A stretch of DNA of 64,000 nucleotides from an uncultured Clostridia bacterium (GCA_964501385.1 CAZCTI010000001.1:9159-73158), one strand, 5' to 3'. Counted from the stretch's first letter, positions 42,146 through 51,702 are shown. A program made the numbers and translations. The notes: generated by a model not told the origin, from the letters alone.

Positions 42146-42982
42146 TTATACCTCCATATTTTCCAATATTTCTGCTATATTGACAAATAAATTATCTTCA
42201 TAAAGCTCAATCATTCCTTTGTCCACCATGGATGCTATTTGGGGGTCTATAGGAAGTTTTGCTATAACTTCTAATCCGTAATTTTTTGCTGTTTCTTCAA
42301 TTTTACTGTCCCCAAATATTTTATATTCCTTATTGCAGTCGGGACATTTAAAATATGACATATTTTCAACTACTCCTATGATTGGAACATTCATCATTTC
42401 AGCCATTTTAACTGCTTTTTCAACTATCATTGAAACTAATTCCTGGGGAGATGTCACTACAATAATTCCATCGATGGGTATTGACTGAAATACTGTCAAT
42501 GCTACATCACCGGTTCCGGGAGGCATGTCAATAAACATAAAGTCTACATCCTTCCATATTACATCTGTCCAAAATTGTTTAACTGTACCTGCAATTATTG
42601 GACCTCTCCATACAACCGGATCTGTGGTGTTTTCCAAAAGAAGATTAATTGACATAATATCTATGCCGGTCTTACTTTTTGAAGGCAGTACACCTACAGA
42701 ATTAGCCCTTGCTTTTTCGTTTATACCGAAAGCTTTTGGTATTGAAGGACCTGTAATATCGGCATCTAATATTGCCACATTGTGGTTCCTTCTTTTCATT
42801 GTTACTGCAAGCATTGATGTAACTAATGATTTGCCTACCCCTCCCTTACCGCTTAAAACACCTATTACTTTTTTGATGCTGCTTTGTTCATGAGGCTTCT
42901 CTAAAAAATCAGTTTGTGCTTCTTTTCTGCTGTCGCAGCTCTGGCTGCAGGAACTGCAGTTTTCATTACAATTTTCACTCAT
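42146..42982 (-). CDS. Mrp/NBP35 (ApbC) Fe-S carrier ATPase
   Basis: Cys-rich N-terminus, SGKGGVGKS, DMPPGTGD, ENMS..CPDC. Confidence 0.93.
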   Translation of the reverse strand: MSENCNENCSSCSQSCDSRKEAQTDFLEKPHEQSSIKKVIGVLSGKGGVGKSLVTSMLAVTMKRRNHNVAILDADITGPSIPKAFGINEKARANSVGVLPSKSKTGIDIMSINLLLENTTDPVVWRGPIIAGTVKQFWTDVIWKDVDFMFIDMPPGTGDVALTVFQSIPIDGIIVVTSPQELVSMIVEKAVKMAEMMNVPIIGVVENMSYFKCPDCNKEYKIFGDSKIEETAKNYGLEVIAKLPIDPQIASMVDKGMIELYEDNLFVNIAEILENMEV

Positions 42983-42991
42983 TTTCTTCTC

Positions 42992-43849
42992 CTAATTGCT
43001 TAAAATTTTCATAGTCTCTTTATATACTTTTTGTACAGCTTCTCCTGCTGCACAATCAATATCAACAATTGTTAATCCGCTGTTTACTGCTTGCACGGCT
43101 TTTTTATCAAAAGGGATTTTCCCCACAAAATGAATATTGTTATTACTACAGTATTCTTTTATTCTTTCATAGTGTTCAACATTAGTATCAAACTTATTTA
43201 CGCAAACAGCTAATTTTGTATTGAAACGATTTGCTGTTTCAATTATCCTTTTCATATCACTTATTCCGGACAAAGAAGGCTCAGCTACAATCAATACAAT
43301 ATCTACACCGCTTATAGATGCAATAACCGGACATCCTATACCGGGAGAACCGTCAATAATTGCAAATTCAGCATCAGTATTAAGCCTCATATTTTTCTTT
43401 ACTTCCGTTACAAGCATTCCTGAATTACCACTGCCCATTTTTAATTCTGCTGTTGAAAATACCTTAGGTTCTTTGTACAATGTCATATCTCCTGCCTTAT
43501 ATGGCACTAATTTTATGGCTGATGCAGGGCAAATTGCTTCACATACTCCACACCCTTCACAATCATAAAGGTTTATTTCATAGTCATCATTTGTATTAAT
43601 TGCATCAAACCTACAATTTTCATGGCATAAATTACATTCAATACATTTATCCTTATCTATTGCAGCTTTATCCATGCCATAGTAATCAGAATTTTCAGGC
43701 TTAGATTTTTGCTCCATAATCAAATGCAAATTTGGAGCATCTATATCACAATCGGCAAAGGCTTTTACATTTGAAAGCTTAATAAATGCACCTGCAACGG
43801 TTGTTTTGCCGGTACCTCCTTTGCCGCTAAGTATCAATAACTGTTTCAT
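42992..43849 (-). CDS. MinD-like P-loop ATPase with inserted 2x4Fe-4S domain
   Basis: SGKGGTGKT, DCDIDAPNL, two CxxCxxCxxxC, DGSPGIGCP. Confidence 0.92.
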   Translation of the reverse strand: MKQLLILSGKGGTGKTTVAGAFIKLSNVKAFADCDIDAPNLHLIMEQKSKPENSDYYGMDKAAIDKDKCIECNLCHENCRFDAINTNDDYEINLYDCEGCGVCEAICPASAIKLVPYKAGDMTLYKEPKVFSTAELKMGSGNSGMLVTEVKKNMRLNTDAEFAIIDGSPGIGCPVIASISGVDIVLIVAEPSLSGISDMKRIIETANRFNTKLAVCVNKFDTNVEHYERIKEYCSNNNIHFVGKIPFDKKAVQAVNSGLTIVDIDCAAGEAVQKVYKETMKILSN

Positions 43850-44681
43850 TATGAACCTCCTCATGAATTGTTTTTAGCAATGAAGAGAATAAGTTGAAGT
43901 ATTTTTCGCTTTTTTGAGATGCTATTTCTGCATTTGAATTTAATTTTCCAAGTTCATTTTCAAACGGAATTTTATATAACACTTTTATATTGTTTTCTAT
44001 ACAATATTTCTCTGCAGGATTATCGACTTCTAAACATTTGTTTAAAACAGCACCAAATGGCTTGTTAAATATTTTAACCAAATTATAAACCATGTTAAAA
44101 TTGTGTACCCCAAATAAAGTTGGCTCAGCCACCAACAGGCAATAATCAGCATCCTTAATACTTTCCATTACGCTGCAGGAACTTCCGGGAGGACAATCAA
44201 TAAATGTATAGGGCTTATCCTGTGATTTGCTTAAAAGCCTTTTAATTATTTTAACCCCTGTTTCTTCACCGGGATTTAAAATTCCTGTGAATATATTTGA
44301 ATTGTTAAAAACACTCTCTTGGATTTCTCCGATTTCTTTATCAATTTCTGAAATAGCATTTTCCGGGCATAACAGCATACAGCCACCACAAGAGTGACAA
44401 ATTTCTTTAAATACAAAAACATTGTTTTTTATAAATGCCAATGCATTGAATTTACAAAATTCAATGCATTTTCGACACCCGGTGCAGATGTCTTTTTCAA
44501 TATAAGGGATTTTAACACATACTTTTTCAGTATTAATAATTTCAGGCTTAAAATATAAGTATCCGTTTGGCTCTTCCACATCACAGTCTATATAATCGGA
44601 ATTATTTGCAACATAGGTTAAATTTACTGATATAAATGTTTTTCCTGTTCCGCCTTTACCGCTTAAAACAGCAATTTTCAT
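43827..44681 (-). CDS. MinD-like P-loop ATPase with inserted 2x4Fe-4S domain (partner subunit)
   Basis: SGKGGTGKT, DCDVEEPN, two Fe-S motifs, DCPPGSSC. Confidence 0.92.
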   Translation of the reverse strand: MKIAVLSGKGGTGKTFISVNLTYVANNSDYIDCDVEEPNGYLYFKPEIINTEKVCVKIPYIEKDICTGCRKCIEFCKFNALAFIKNNVFVFKEICHSCGGCMLLCPENAISEIDKEIGEIQESVFNNSNIFTGILNPGEETGVKIIKRLLSKSQDKPYTFIDCPPGSSCSVMESIKDADYCLLVAEPTLFGVHNFNMVYNLVKIFNKPFGAVLNKCLEVDNPAEKYCIENNIKVLYKIPFENELGKLNSNAEIASQKSEKYFNLFSSLLKTIHEEVHNETVIDT

Positions 44682-44682
44682 T

Positions 44683-45051
44683 TTACTTTACCCCATGACC
44701 ATGAAATCCTGAATGTATTTCATTTAATAAGCTTAATTTTTCTTCTTTTAAATTTCTTAAGTTTTCTTCAATTGAATTATCCTTGGATTTATATATGGTT
44801 ATATATGCAGCCTTTAATACATCTGCAGCATTTTCGCCGCATCTTGGCGTAATTAAAACATCTGCATTGTTATCTACAATAATTTGTGCAGCCTTGATTC
44901 CTGCCCCGCCTCGACTGTTTGCAGCACTGTTGTTAACAAAATTAGTGTTTTGTTTTTCTGTATCATAAAACATAAAATATGGTGCTCTGCCAAATGATAC
45001 ACATATATTACCTTTAATATTATTATCGTCTACCGGTATTGCTACTTTCAT
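44683..45051 (-). CDS. NifB/NifX (ORP-like) protein
   Basis: MKVAIP, FGRAPYF, GGAGI.AAQ, CG.NA; ATG 45051. Confidence 0.9.
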   Translation of the reverse strand: MKVAIPVDDNNIKGNICVSFGRAPYFMFYDTEKQNTNFVNNSAANSRGGAGIKAAQIIVDNNADVLITPRCGENAADVLKAAYITIYKSKDNSIEENLRNLKEEKLSLLNEIHSGFHGHGVK

Positions 45052-45068
45052 AATTCCTCCATATTTGC

Positions 45069-45115
45069 GACATATGTCGATAACAAAATTATACACCTCA
45101 AAGGACATATGTCAA
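45069..45115 (-). promoter_or_regulatory. Promoter with two GACATATGTC palindromes
   Basis: Sites at 45069-45078 and 45104-45113; TTGACA-N16-TATAAT with -35 overlapping the upstream site. Confidence 0.8.
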
Positions 45116-45118
45116 TAT

Positions 45119-45484
45119 TTATTTTTCTTTGCCATGAAAGTTTGTATGAAATTCATTGAGTAAAGAAAGCTTATTTTCGATTAAATAATTTATATTTTGC
45201 TCTGCATTTCCTTCTTTGGCTTCGTAAACAAAAACTTCAGCATTCCTGAATAACTTTTCTGCATTTTCGCCACATCTGTTTGTTATTACTGCTCTAACTC
45301 CATTGTCTGCAATGACTTGTGCCGCTCTGATTCCTGCACCACCCTGTTCTACTACAGCTCTGTTATCCAAAATTTCAATTTCTTTTGTAACTGTACTGTA
45401 AATAAGGAAATAAGGTGCTCGACCAAAAGAATCATTAATATTTGATTTAATTGACTTCTCTTTTATTGGAATTGCTATCTTCAT
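45119..45484 (-). CDS. NifB/NifX (ORP-like) protein, tandem paralog
   Basis: MKIAIP, FGRAPYF, GGAGIRAAQ, RCGENA. Confidence 0.9.
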   Translation of the reverse strand: MKIAIPIKEKSIKSNINDSFGRAPYFLIYSTVTKEIEILDNRAVVEQGGAGIRAAQVIADNGVRAVITNRCGENAEKLFRNAEVFVYEAKEGNAEQNINYLIENKLSLLNEFHTNFHGKEK

Positions 45485-45509
45485 TTTTTCCTCCAACTAT
45501 AAACCTTCA

Positions 45510-45794
45510 TCAGTCATCTAAATCTTCCAATTCACTTTCAATAAGTTTTAATTGTGATTCTAAAAATTCCTTTTGATTTTGTAAAAACTCTTTCTCTGTT
45601 ACATTCTGTTTAAATCCATATCCGGTACCTAATCCATAACCTTCACCATATCTTTGTCCGAAACCATAACCCCTTCTACCAAAGCCCATTCCATAACAAT
45701 TTCTATTGCCATAAAATCTATTTCCACAAAGACTAAAACCTCTTCCTGTCATTTGTCCTCTTCCAACAGGTCCCGTTCCATCTCTATTAGGCAT
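45510..45794 (-). CDS. DUF5320-family protein
   Basis: MPNRDGTGPVGRGQMTGRG..C, Gly/Arg/aromatic-rich middle, coiled-coil C-terminus. Confidence 0.88.
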   Translation of the reverse strand: MPNRDGTGPVGRGQMTGRGFSLCGNRFYGNRNCYGMGFGRRGYGFGQRYGEGYGLGTGYGFKQNVTEKEFLQNQKEFLESQLKLIESELEDLDD

Positions 45795-45815
45795 TTTAAT
45801 TCCTCCTTTTTTAAT

Positions 45816-45866
45816 TGACATATGTCATCTATAATTTTATTATACTCCATATATGACATATGTCAA
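45816..45866 (-). promoter_or_regulatory. Promoter with two TGACATATGTCA palindromes
   Basis: Sites at 45816-45827 and 45854-45865; TTGACA-N16-TATAAT. Confidence 0.82.
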
Positions 45867-45891
45867 TAATTAGTTATAAAAAACTGCAAAA

Positions 45892-46074
45892 TTATTTTTG
45901 CAGTTCTTCAAATTTTTCTATTGCTCCCGTTAGACATAGACTTATGCATATACCGCATCCATAGCATTTCTCTTTGCTAATTTCAGCCTTTTCTGTAATC
46001 TTTATGGCAGGACACCTGACCCGTAGGCACATTTTGCACGCCCTGCACATTTCTTTATTAACTTTATATTTCAT
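45892..46074 (-). CDS. Small basic 2x4Fe-4S ferredoxin-like protein
   Basis: CRACKMCLRVRCP and CYGCGICISLC. Confidence 0.8.
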   Translation of the reverse strand: MKYKVNKEMCRACKMCLRVRCPAIKITEKAEISKEKCYGCGICISLCLTGAIEKFEELQK

Positions 46075-46080
46075 AGTAAA

Positions 46081-46140
46081 GGTACATTCCTTCTTCCATC
46101 ATAGACTATCCCTATATAGGAAGGTGTGTTCCCCCTCCTT
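46081..46140. repeat. Family B repeat
   Basis: acattcct..tagactatccctata..aggtgtgttcccc. Confidence 0.8.
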
Positions 46141-47689
46141 AAATTTTTTCTAACTCTCTTAAATAAACATCTTCATATGTATCTAATCCTGTTATATCTG
46201 CTGCTAAGTCGGTCAATGGGAAAATATCGCTTCTGTCTATGTATTTAATATCAAATTTACGGTTTAATGCCATAAGCTGTTTCATGCCTGCAGATATTCT
46301 GTTAATATATGAATATACTCCGACAGAACCTGCCGGCAATTCTTCTGCATTGTCATAACAAGATTTAAGTTCTCTTATGTCTGCAAAAATTTGTTCCTTT
46401 GTGCTTCCGAAACTTTCATATTCTTTAGGTATATTGCCTGCTTCTATTAATTCACCTATTTTTTTGCCAACCATTGCTGCAGCCATTGCAGCTCTTCCAA
46501 CAGCAACAAATTGAATATATGGGGCTCCAAGTGCCAATCCCTTGAATATTTGGTCTTCTAATGCAAAGCCTCCTGTTATTGCAACTTGTGGCAAAAAGTA
46601 TCCTTTTTCATCCATACGTTTTAAAATATCATAAAGCATACTTTCCAAATTAACAGTAGGCATTCCCCATTCATTCATCATTTTAACAGGGCTGTTGCCT
46701 GTGCCTCCGCCGGCACCATCAAAGGTAACTAAATCAACTTCATTTTCTGATGCTATTTTTAATATTCTAATTATATCTTTTGGGTCAAATGGACCTGTTT
46801 TAAAGCAAATACGCTCAGCTCCCAATTCTCTTAAATGTGCAATGCGTTTTTTGAGAATTTCCTCATTCCAAATAGGAAGTTTACCTATTTTTTCAAATAC
46901 AGGACCAATACCATTTTTGAAATTTTCAGCAACTGTTTCATCCGAGGGATCAGGATAAACCAAATATCCCTTCTTTTGAAGTTTTAAAGCTTCTTCTAAA
47001 GAATTAATCCTTCCCATTCCCTGAATTCCTTTAGCAGCTTGCCCAAATTTAAGCTCTACAGATTTTACCCCTAACTTTGGAATAACATAATCCAAAACTC
47101 CGGAGTTTTCATCATCATAGCTTGCTTGCATGATTATTTCGCCATATCCTCGATTGTATTTTCTATAATCATTTAGCATTTCTTCAACCAATGGAGATGA
47201 CACAACCTTTCCGTTTTCCAAAACTATGTTTTTATCATTGGGGATGGCATCTTCACCTATTACTACCGATACTCCTGCAAGGGATGCTCCTATATAGTAA
47301 TCTTTCCAGTTTAATTTAGCTATGGCAGGTAAAATAATAGGCATTTTCATTTTAACCTTATTCTTTATTCCAAATTCAGTTTCAGTTTTAACTTTCGGGT
47401 ATGTGGCTTCATAAGCATCCTCTTTACATCCCAATGCTCCAAATACTCTTCCATTAATGGATAAATGCGAAAAATCCAATGGATAATCTTTTTCTGAAGC
47501 AAATTGATTTATATCCCTTCGATATGGATATGTTGCTTCAGAACCTCTAACTGCCGATAAACCTATTTCACAGGTACCGGTACAATTAGCTGTGCAGACG
47601 GAACACATTCCGGAAAATGGTGAAACGTTTTCAGGTGTCCTAATTTTCGTTTTACTTATTGTACTTCCTAATGCAGGGCTGTAAGACAT
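46139..47689 (-). CDS. FMN-binding glutamate-synthase-family protein (stand-alone, N-terminal Cys motif)
   Basis: CSVCTANCTGTC, ELKFGQAAKG, FKTG, DGAGGGTG, GRA FMN-barrel motifs. Confidence 0.85.
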   Translation of the reverse strand: MSYSPALGSTISKTKIRTPENVSPFSGMCSVCTANCTGTCEIGLSAVRGSEATYPYRRDINQFASEKDYPLDFSHLSINGRVFGALGCKEDAYEATYPKVKTETEFGIKNKVKMKMPIILPAIAKLNWKDYYIGASLAGVSVVIGEDAIPNDKNIVLENGKVVSSPLVEEMLNDYRKYNRGYGEIIMQASYDDENSGVLDYVIPKLGVKSVELKFGQAAKGIQGMGRINSLEEALKLQKKGYLVYPDPSDETVAENFKNGIGPVFEKIGKLPIWNEEILKKRIAHLRELGAERICFKTGPFDPKDIIRILKIASENEVDLVTFDGAGGGTGNSPVKMMNEWGMPTVNLESMLYDILKRMDEKGYFLPQVAITGGFALEDQIFKGLALGAPYIQFVAVGRAAMAAAMVGKKIGELIEAGNIPKEYESFGSTKEQIFADIRELKSCYDNAEELPAGSVGVYSYINRISAGMKQLMALNRKFDIKYIDRSDIFPLTDLAADITGLDTYEDVYLRELEKI

Positions 47690-47721
47690 TATAATACCTC
47701 CAAATTTTATTGTATATTTTT

Positions 47722-47749
47722 ATTATAAACATACCGCGACATATGTCAA
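47722..47749 (-). promoter_or_regulatory. Promoter with GACATATGTC palindrome
   Basis: Site at 47738-47747; TTGACA-N16-TATAAT. Confidence 0.8.
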
Positions 47750-47866
47750 TAATTAATTTAGTATTTCTATGCTTGAATTAAATAATGTCAAATGATATAA
47801 TTTAAATATACATAACATTAAAATGACTCATCCATAAATGCATGAGTCATAATTATTGGAGATAAA

Positions 47867-48436
47867 ATGGGTTCAATTACACTATTTTTCATATCATTAG
47901 GCTTATCAATGGATGCTTGTGCCGTATCGATATCTAACGGTATGTGCTATGGCAATATACATAAAAAACAAATTTTTTCTACAGCAGCAGCTTTTGGATT
48001 TTTCCAGGCATTCATGCCTATTTTAGGTTTTTTTATAGGTTCTACTTTCAGTGACTATATAGCAAGTTTAGACCATTGGATTGCACTTATGCTTCTTAGC
48101 TTCATAGGTGGCAAAATGATAATTGAAGCAATCAAAGAATTTAAATATCCTGAAGCTTGTTTAACAGGCTCAAAATACCTTACCCCAAAGACATTGCTGT
48201 TGCAAGCTGTTGCTACAAGTATTGATGCATTGGCAGTAGGTGTTGGATTTGCCGTAATGAATGTTAATATATTTAGTGCTGCATTGTCTATAGGAATTAT
48301 AACTTTTATAACTTCAATTATAGGCTCTCATTTAGGTAAAAAATGCAGCGAAATGTGCAAGCAAAAAGCTGAGATATTAGGTGGGTTATTACTTATATTT
48401 ATAGGGGTAAAAATATTCATTGAGCATACAATATAA
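47867..48436 (+). CDS. mntP: Manganese efflux pump MntP family
   Basis: LSMDA.AVS, FQAFMP, DHWIA, ATSIDALAVG, AEILGG. Confidence 0.92.
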   Translation: MGSITLFFISLGLSMDACAVSISNGMCYGNIHKKQIFSTAAAFGFFQAFMPILGFFIGSTFSDYIASLDHWIALMLLSFIGGKMIIEAIKEFKYPEACLTGSKYLTPKTLLLQAVATSIDALAVGVGFAVMNVNIFSAALSIGIITFITSIIGSHLGKKCSEMCKQKAEILGGLLLIFIGVKIFIEHTI

Positions 48437-48467
48437 TTAAGTAAAGCAGGTGCCATTTGCTCCTGCT

Positions 48468-48926
48468 TTATTTTTTTAATTTACCTCTTTTGCCTTTTAC
48501 GGAATAATAAAATTCGAGGTTTTTTTGTGGTAACTCACTATATTCTTCTTCACAACAAACAAAGGGTAGGCCTTCTCCCTGTCCGCAACAGATGTATGGT
48601 GGCCATTCTTCTTCCTCTTCTTCTACTCCTCCGGCTGAACAATTTACAGATGGAGGACCGCTAAAAGCCTCAGCCTTAAATTCTATTGGAATCATGATGC
48701 TAAGTTTCTGACAAATCGTAAACCTGCATTTTCCATTTTTCTTATTCCATGAACCACAGGGTATTGGCATAAGACATGGCTCCTCAATGCATTCAATAAT
48801 TGGTTCTCCTAAGTCTACATAAGGCTCAACACTAATGGGCACACAAACATCTATTTCCGTAAACGCAGTTACATCGCAGCTATCTTCATTACATGGAGTA
48901 TCATGAATATTTCTATCATTAAACAT
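48468..48926 (-). CDS. Cys-rich putative spore coat/exosporium protein
   Basis: VCVPISVEP...C.FTICQKL...IPIEF; sigma-K-like promoter at about 48955-48984. Confidence 0.65.
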   Translation of the reverse strand: MFNDRNIHDTPCNEDSCDVTAFTEIDVCVPISVEPYVDLGEPIIECIEEPCLMPIPCGSWNKKNGKCRFTICQKLSIMIPIEFKAEAFSGPPSVNCSAGGVEEEEEEWPPYICCGQGEGLPFVCCEEEYSELPQKNLEFYYSVKGKRGKLKK

Positions 48927-49086
48927 ATCAACTCTCCTTATAAAAATCTATAATACATATTATGTTTGTATATTATCTAAGTTACAAATACATCAGTATT
49001 TAGATATAATACGATAAAAAACGGGCTGTAAACCCGCAGTAAACAGACCGTTTTTAATATTTAATCATGCTTTTTTCCTAAAAATA

Positions 49087-49875
49087 TTATTCACCGTTAT
49101 CGTTGCAAGTACAACCTTCTTGATTTGGTGTGCCGCATGTTACAACTTGTTGTCCCGGTTCTCCCATTGCACTGAACCTGATAGGAACTTCTACGCACAA
49201 GTTCTGAGTTACATAGAATGTACAAGAAGGTGGTCCGGATGTTCCACAATTTATAGTATCAGACACCTCAGTTTCCCCGCAGCAAGTAACATTAATAGCA
49301 CCAACAATAGCTGATGGAGTTACTGTAATAGGGACACATACTCCAATTTCCTGAAATACTGTAGTTTCACATTCTTCTATAGTACCACATATTGGGCCAC
49401 ATACAGTTAAACCTGTTTCAGTTTCGCCTCCTGCAGACAAGCATACATTGTTTGGTCCAACTTGGTAGGTTGTTAATAATTCAAAGCATACTGTCATTAC
49501 GTCGTCTGCTTCTTCCAAACCAAAATCAAATTTTAGTCCTGTGCATCCAGTCGGAGGGTCAGGGTTTTCTTCTGTTCTTATTTGAACGTTTTCACCCAAA
49601 ATAACTTCTTGCTCTTGACCGTTAATAAATACTGTAACTTCACCAAGATCTTCTAAAGTAATATCAGGACAAATACCTAAAAGCCAATGGCTTAATGCTA
49701 TTGGTTCTTCAACCTGAGTCACTATATAACAAAATGTTTGGTGTTCTCCTGGGCCCGGGTTTAAAATCGAATTTACTTCGTCTAAAGCTACAGTTACAGG
49801 TATTTGTGTTTCTGTATAATCTGCCACTAATGGGCACTCTTGTTGAAATATTTTAATTTTCATAATAATTATCAT
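49087..49875 (-). CDS. Cys-rich putative spore coat/exosporium protein (paralogous C-terminal domain)
   Basis: VCVPITVTP...C.FYVTQNLCVEVPIRF; sigma-K-like promoter at about 49913-49941. Confidence 0.65.
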   Translation of the reverse strand: MIIIMKIKIFQQECPLVADYTETQIPVTVALDEVNSILNPGPGEHQTFCYIVTQVEEPIALSHWLLGICPDITLEDLGEVTVFINGQEQEVILGENVQIRTEENPDPPTGCTGLKFDFGLEEADDVMTVCFELLTTYQVGPNNVCLSAGGETETGLTVCGPICGTIEECETTVFQEIGVCVPITVTPSAIVGAINVTCCGETEVSDTINCGTSGPPSCTFYVTQNLCVEVPIRFSAMGEPGQQVVTCGTPNQEGCTCNDNGE

Positions 49876-50074
49876 GCTCCTTTATATATTAATCCCTTAA
49901 AGATTTATACAATATATTATGAAAACAAACTATAACAGTTACTAAAATATCGCAATAAAAGACAAAATTTGTCATCACAATAAAAAGTCAGGCATATAAC
50001 ATATTTCTTTTTTATAAGAAATAACTAAAAGAAGCTTCTCACAACATAGTATTAAAAAACTAACTAAATAGAAG

Positions 50075-50110
50075 AACGGTTCTCTATGGCCATTGCCAAT
50101 AAGAACCGTT
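50075..50110. terminator. Hairpin downstream of yebC
   Basis: aacggttct ... agaaccgtt. Confidence 0.55.
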
Positions 50111-50117
50111 AATATGA

Positions 50118-50864
50118 CTATTCTTCTTCCTCTTCTTCAGGCATATCCCAGTTGTGGTAAACTTCTTGGACGTCATCATTTTCATCTAATGCATCTATTA
50201 GCTTCTCAAGGTTTTTAAGTGCATCTTCATCTTCAACCTTAACATAAGTTTGAGGAATGTACATAATATCACCTTTGATATTGTTGTAGCCTGCTTCTTT
50301 TAAACCATTTAGAACCTGGATGAAATCCTCCGGTACAGTTGTTATTTCATAGCTGTCTTCTTCAGCTTCAAAGTCTTCAGCCCCTGCATCAAGGGCTGCC
50401 ATCATTAATTCTTCTTCATCTATTTTATCGTCAAAATCGATGGATATAACACCTTTTTTATCAAACAGATAACCTACGCAACCTGTTGTTCCTAAGTTCC
50501 CGTTATGTTTTGAAAAGTAATGTCTCACATCTGCTGCAGTTCTATTTTTGTTGTCTGTTAAGCACTGAACCATAAATGCAGTACCGCTTGGTCCATATCC
50601 TTCGTAAGTAATAGTTTCGAAATTTTCGCCTGATGCAGCTGCAAGACCTGTTTTTATTGCTCTGTCTATATTGTCGTTAGGCATATTTTGTGCCTTTGCT
50701 TTTTCGATTGCCGTTGCTAATGATGAATTATAACCTGGGTCTGCACCGCCTTCTCTGACTGCTACAGTTATTGCACGTGCAAGCTTAGTAAATATTTTAC
50801 CTTTTAATGCATCTTGTTTACCTTTACGGTTTTTTATATTACTCCATTTTGAATGTCCTGACAT
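50118..50864 (-). CDS. yebC: YebC/PmpR-family protein
   Basis: MSGHSKW, YEGYGP.G, TDNKNRT, DDVQEVYHN. Confidence 0.95.
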   Translation of the reverse strand: MSGHSKWSNIKNRKGKQDALKGKIFTKLARAITVAVREGGADPGYNSSLATAIEKAKAQNMPNDNIDRAIKTGLAAASGENFETITYEGYGPSGTAFMVQCLTDNKNRTAADVRHYFSKHNGNLGTTGCVGYLFDKKGVISIDFDDKIDEEELMMAALDAGAEDFEAEEDSYEITTVPEDFIQVLNGLKEAGYNNIKGDIMYIPQTYVKVEDEDALKNLEKLIDALDENDDVQEVYHNWDMPEEEEEE

Positions 50865-50931
50865 ATTATCCTCCTTACGTGTTGTGACGTGATATTTTAT
50901 CATAATATTATTTTAAGTTCAATATTTTTAT

Positions 50932-51009
50932 GTCATCCTAAAAGTATATATTTTGTAATCATGAGCGAAAGCGAAAGATAACATAGTACAGTGCATTCCT
51001 CTTACCTCT
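50932..51009. repeat. Degenerate A+B composite repeat
   Basis: gtcatcct..., tgagcgaaagcgaa.gat, atagtac..cattcctcttacctc. Confidence 0.65.
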
Positions 51010-51051
51010 ACGCTTTTATAGAAATGACTTGTGCTAAAGCTTTTACAAAAC

Positions 51052-51702
51052 CTATTCAGCAATTATTCTCCCATCTTTTATAGAAAAATACTTTGCCTGT
51101 CCCATTGTGATTTCAGCCTTGCCGCTTGTAATTTCACTGACTAATGCTTCAACATTTTCCAATTTTTCAGTTTCAGCTATAAGTTTAAACTGTACCTGAG
51201 ATTCATAAATTTTATCCACGACAATTATGTTGTTTTTTATTAATTCATTATCCATTTTGCCAAGCAATGTGTAATCTATCTTAAATGATACATCATAAAA
51301 CAGGTTCTTGTCTACTATAATTCCACTTTCTAAGGCTATTTTTGCTCCCTTTGTATAGGCTCTCACAAGCCCTCCTGCACCTAATAGCACTCCGCCGAAA
51401 TACCTTGTTACAACAACTGCTGCATTTTTTAAATTCTCCTGTTTTATTACATTTAATACAGGCATGCCAGCTGTGCCGGAAGGCTCACCATCATCAGAGA
51501 ATCTTTGAATATTTGAATTTTCACCGATTACATAGGCATACACATTATGTGTTGCATCTTTAAATTCCTTCTTTATTCTGTCTATGAATTCCAATGCTTC
51601 TTCTTCGTCTTGAACAGGGCATGCAGTACCTATAAATTTTGATTTATTAATAATTATTTCATCTCTTCCTTCTTTATGGATAGATTTATAATTAATCATC
51701 AC
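51052..51702 (-). CDS. YigZ/IMPACT-family protein
   Basis: KSKFI, ATHN, SDDGEPSGTAG, RYFGG..LG.GGL.RAY. Confidence 0.95.
   Translation of the reverse strand: MMINYKSIHKEGRDEIIINKSKFIGTACPVQDEEEALEFIDRIKKEFKDATHNVYAYVIGENSNIQRFSDDGEPSGTAGMPVLNVIKQENLKNAAVVVTRYFGGVLLGAGGLVRAYTKGAKIALESGIIVDKNLFYDVSFKIDYTLLGKMDNELIKNNIIVVDKIYESQVQFKLIAETEKLENVEALVSEITSGKAEITMGQAKYFSIKDGRIIAE

Noticed and set aside
41788-45484. Nitrogen fixation cluster
   Set aside because: NifB/NifX-fold and NifH-like annotations reflect fold only; no nifH/D/K/E/N in the window
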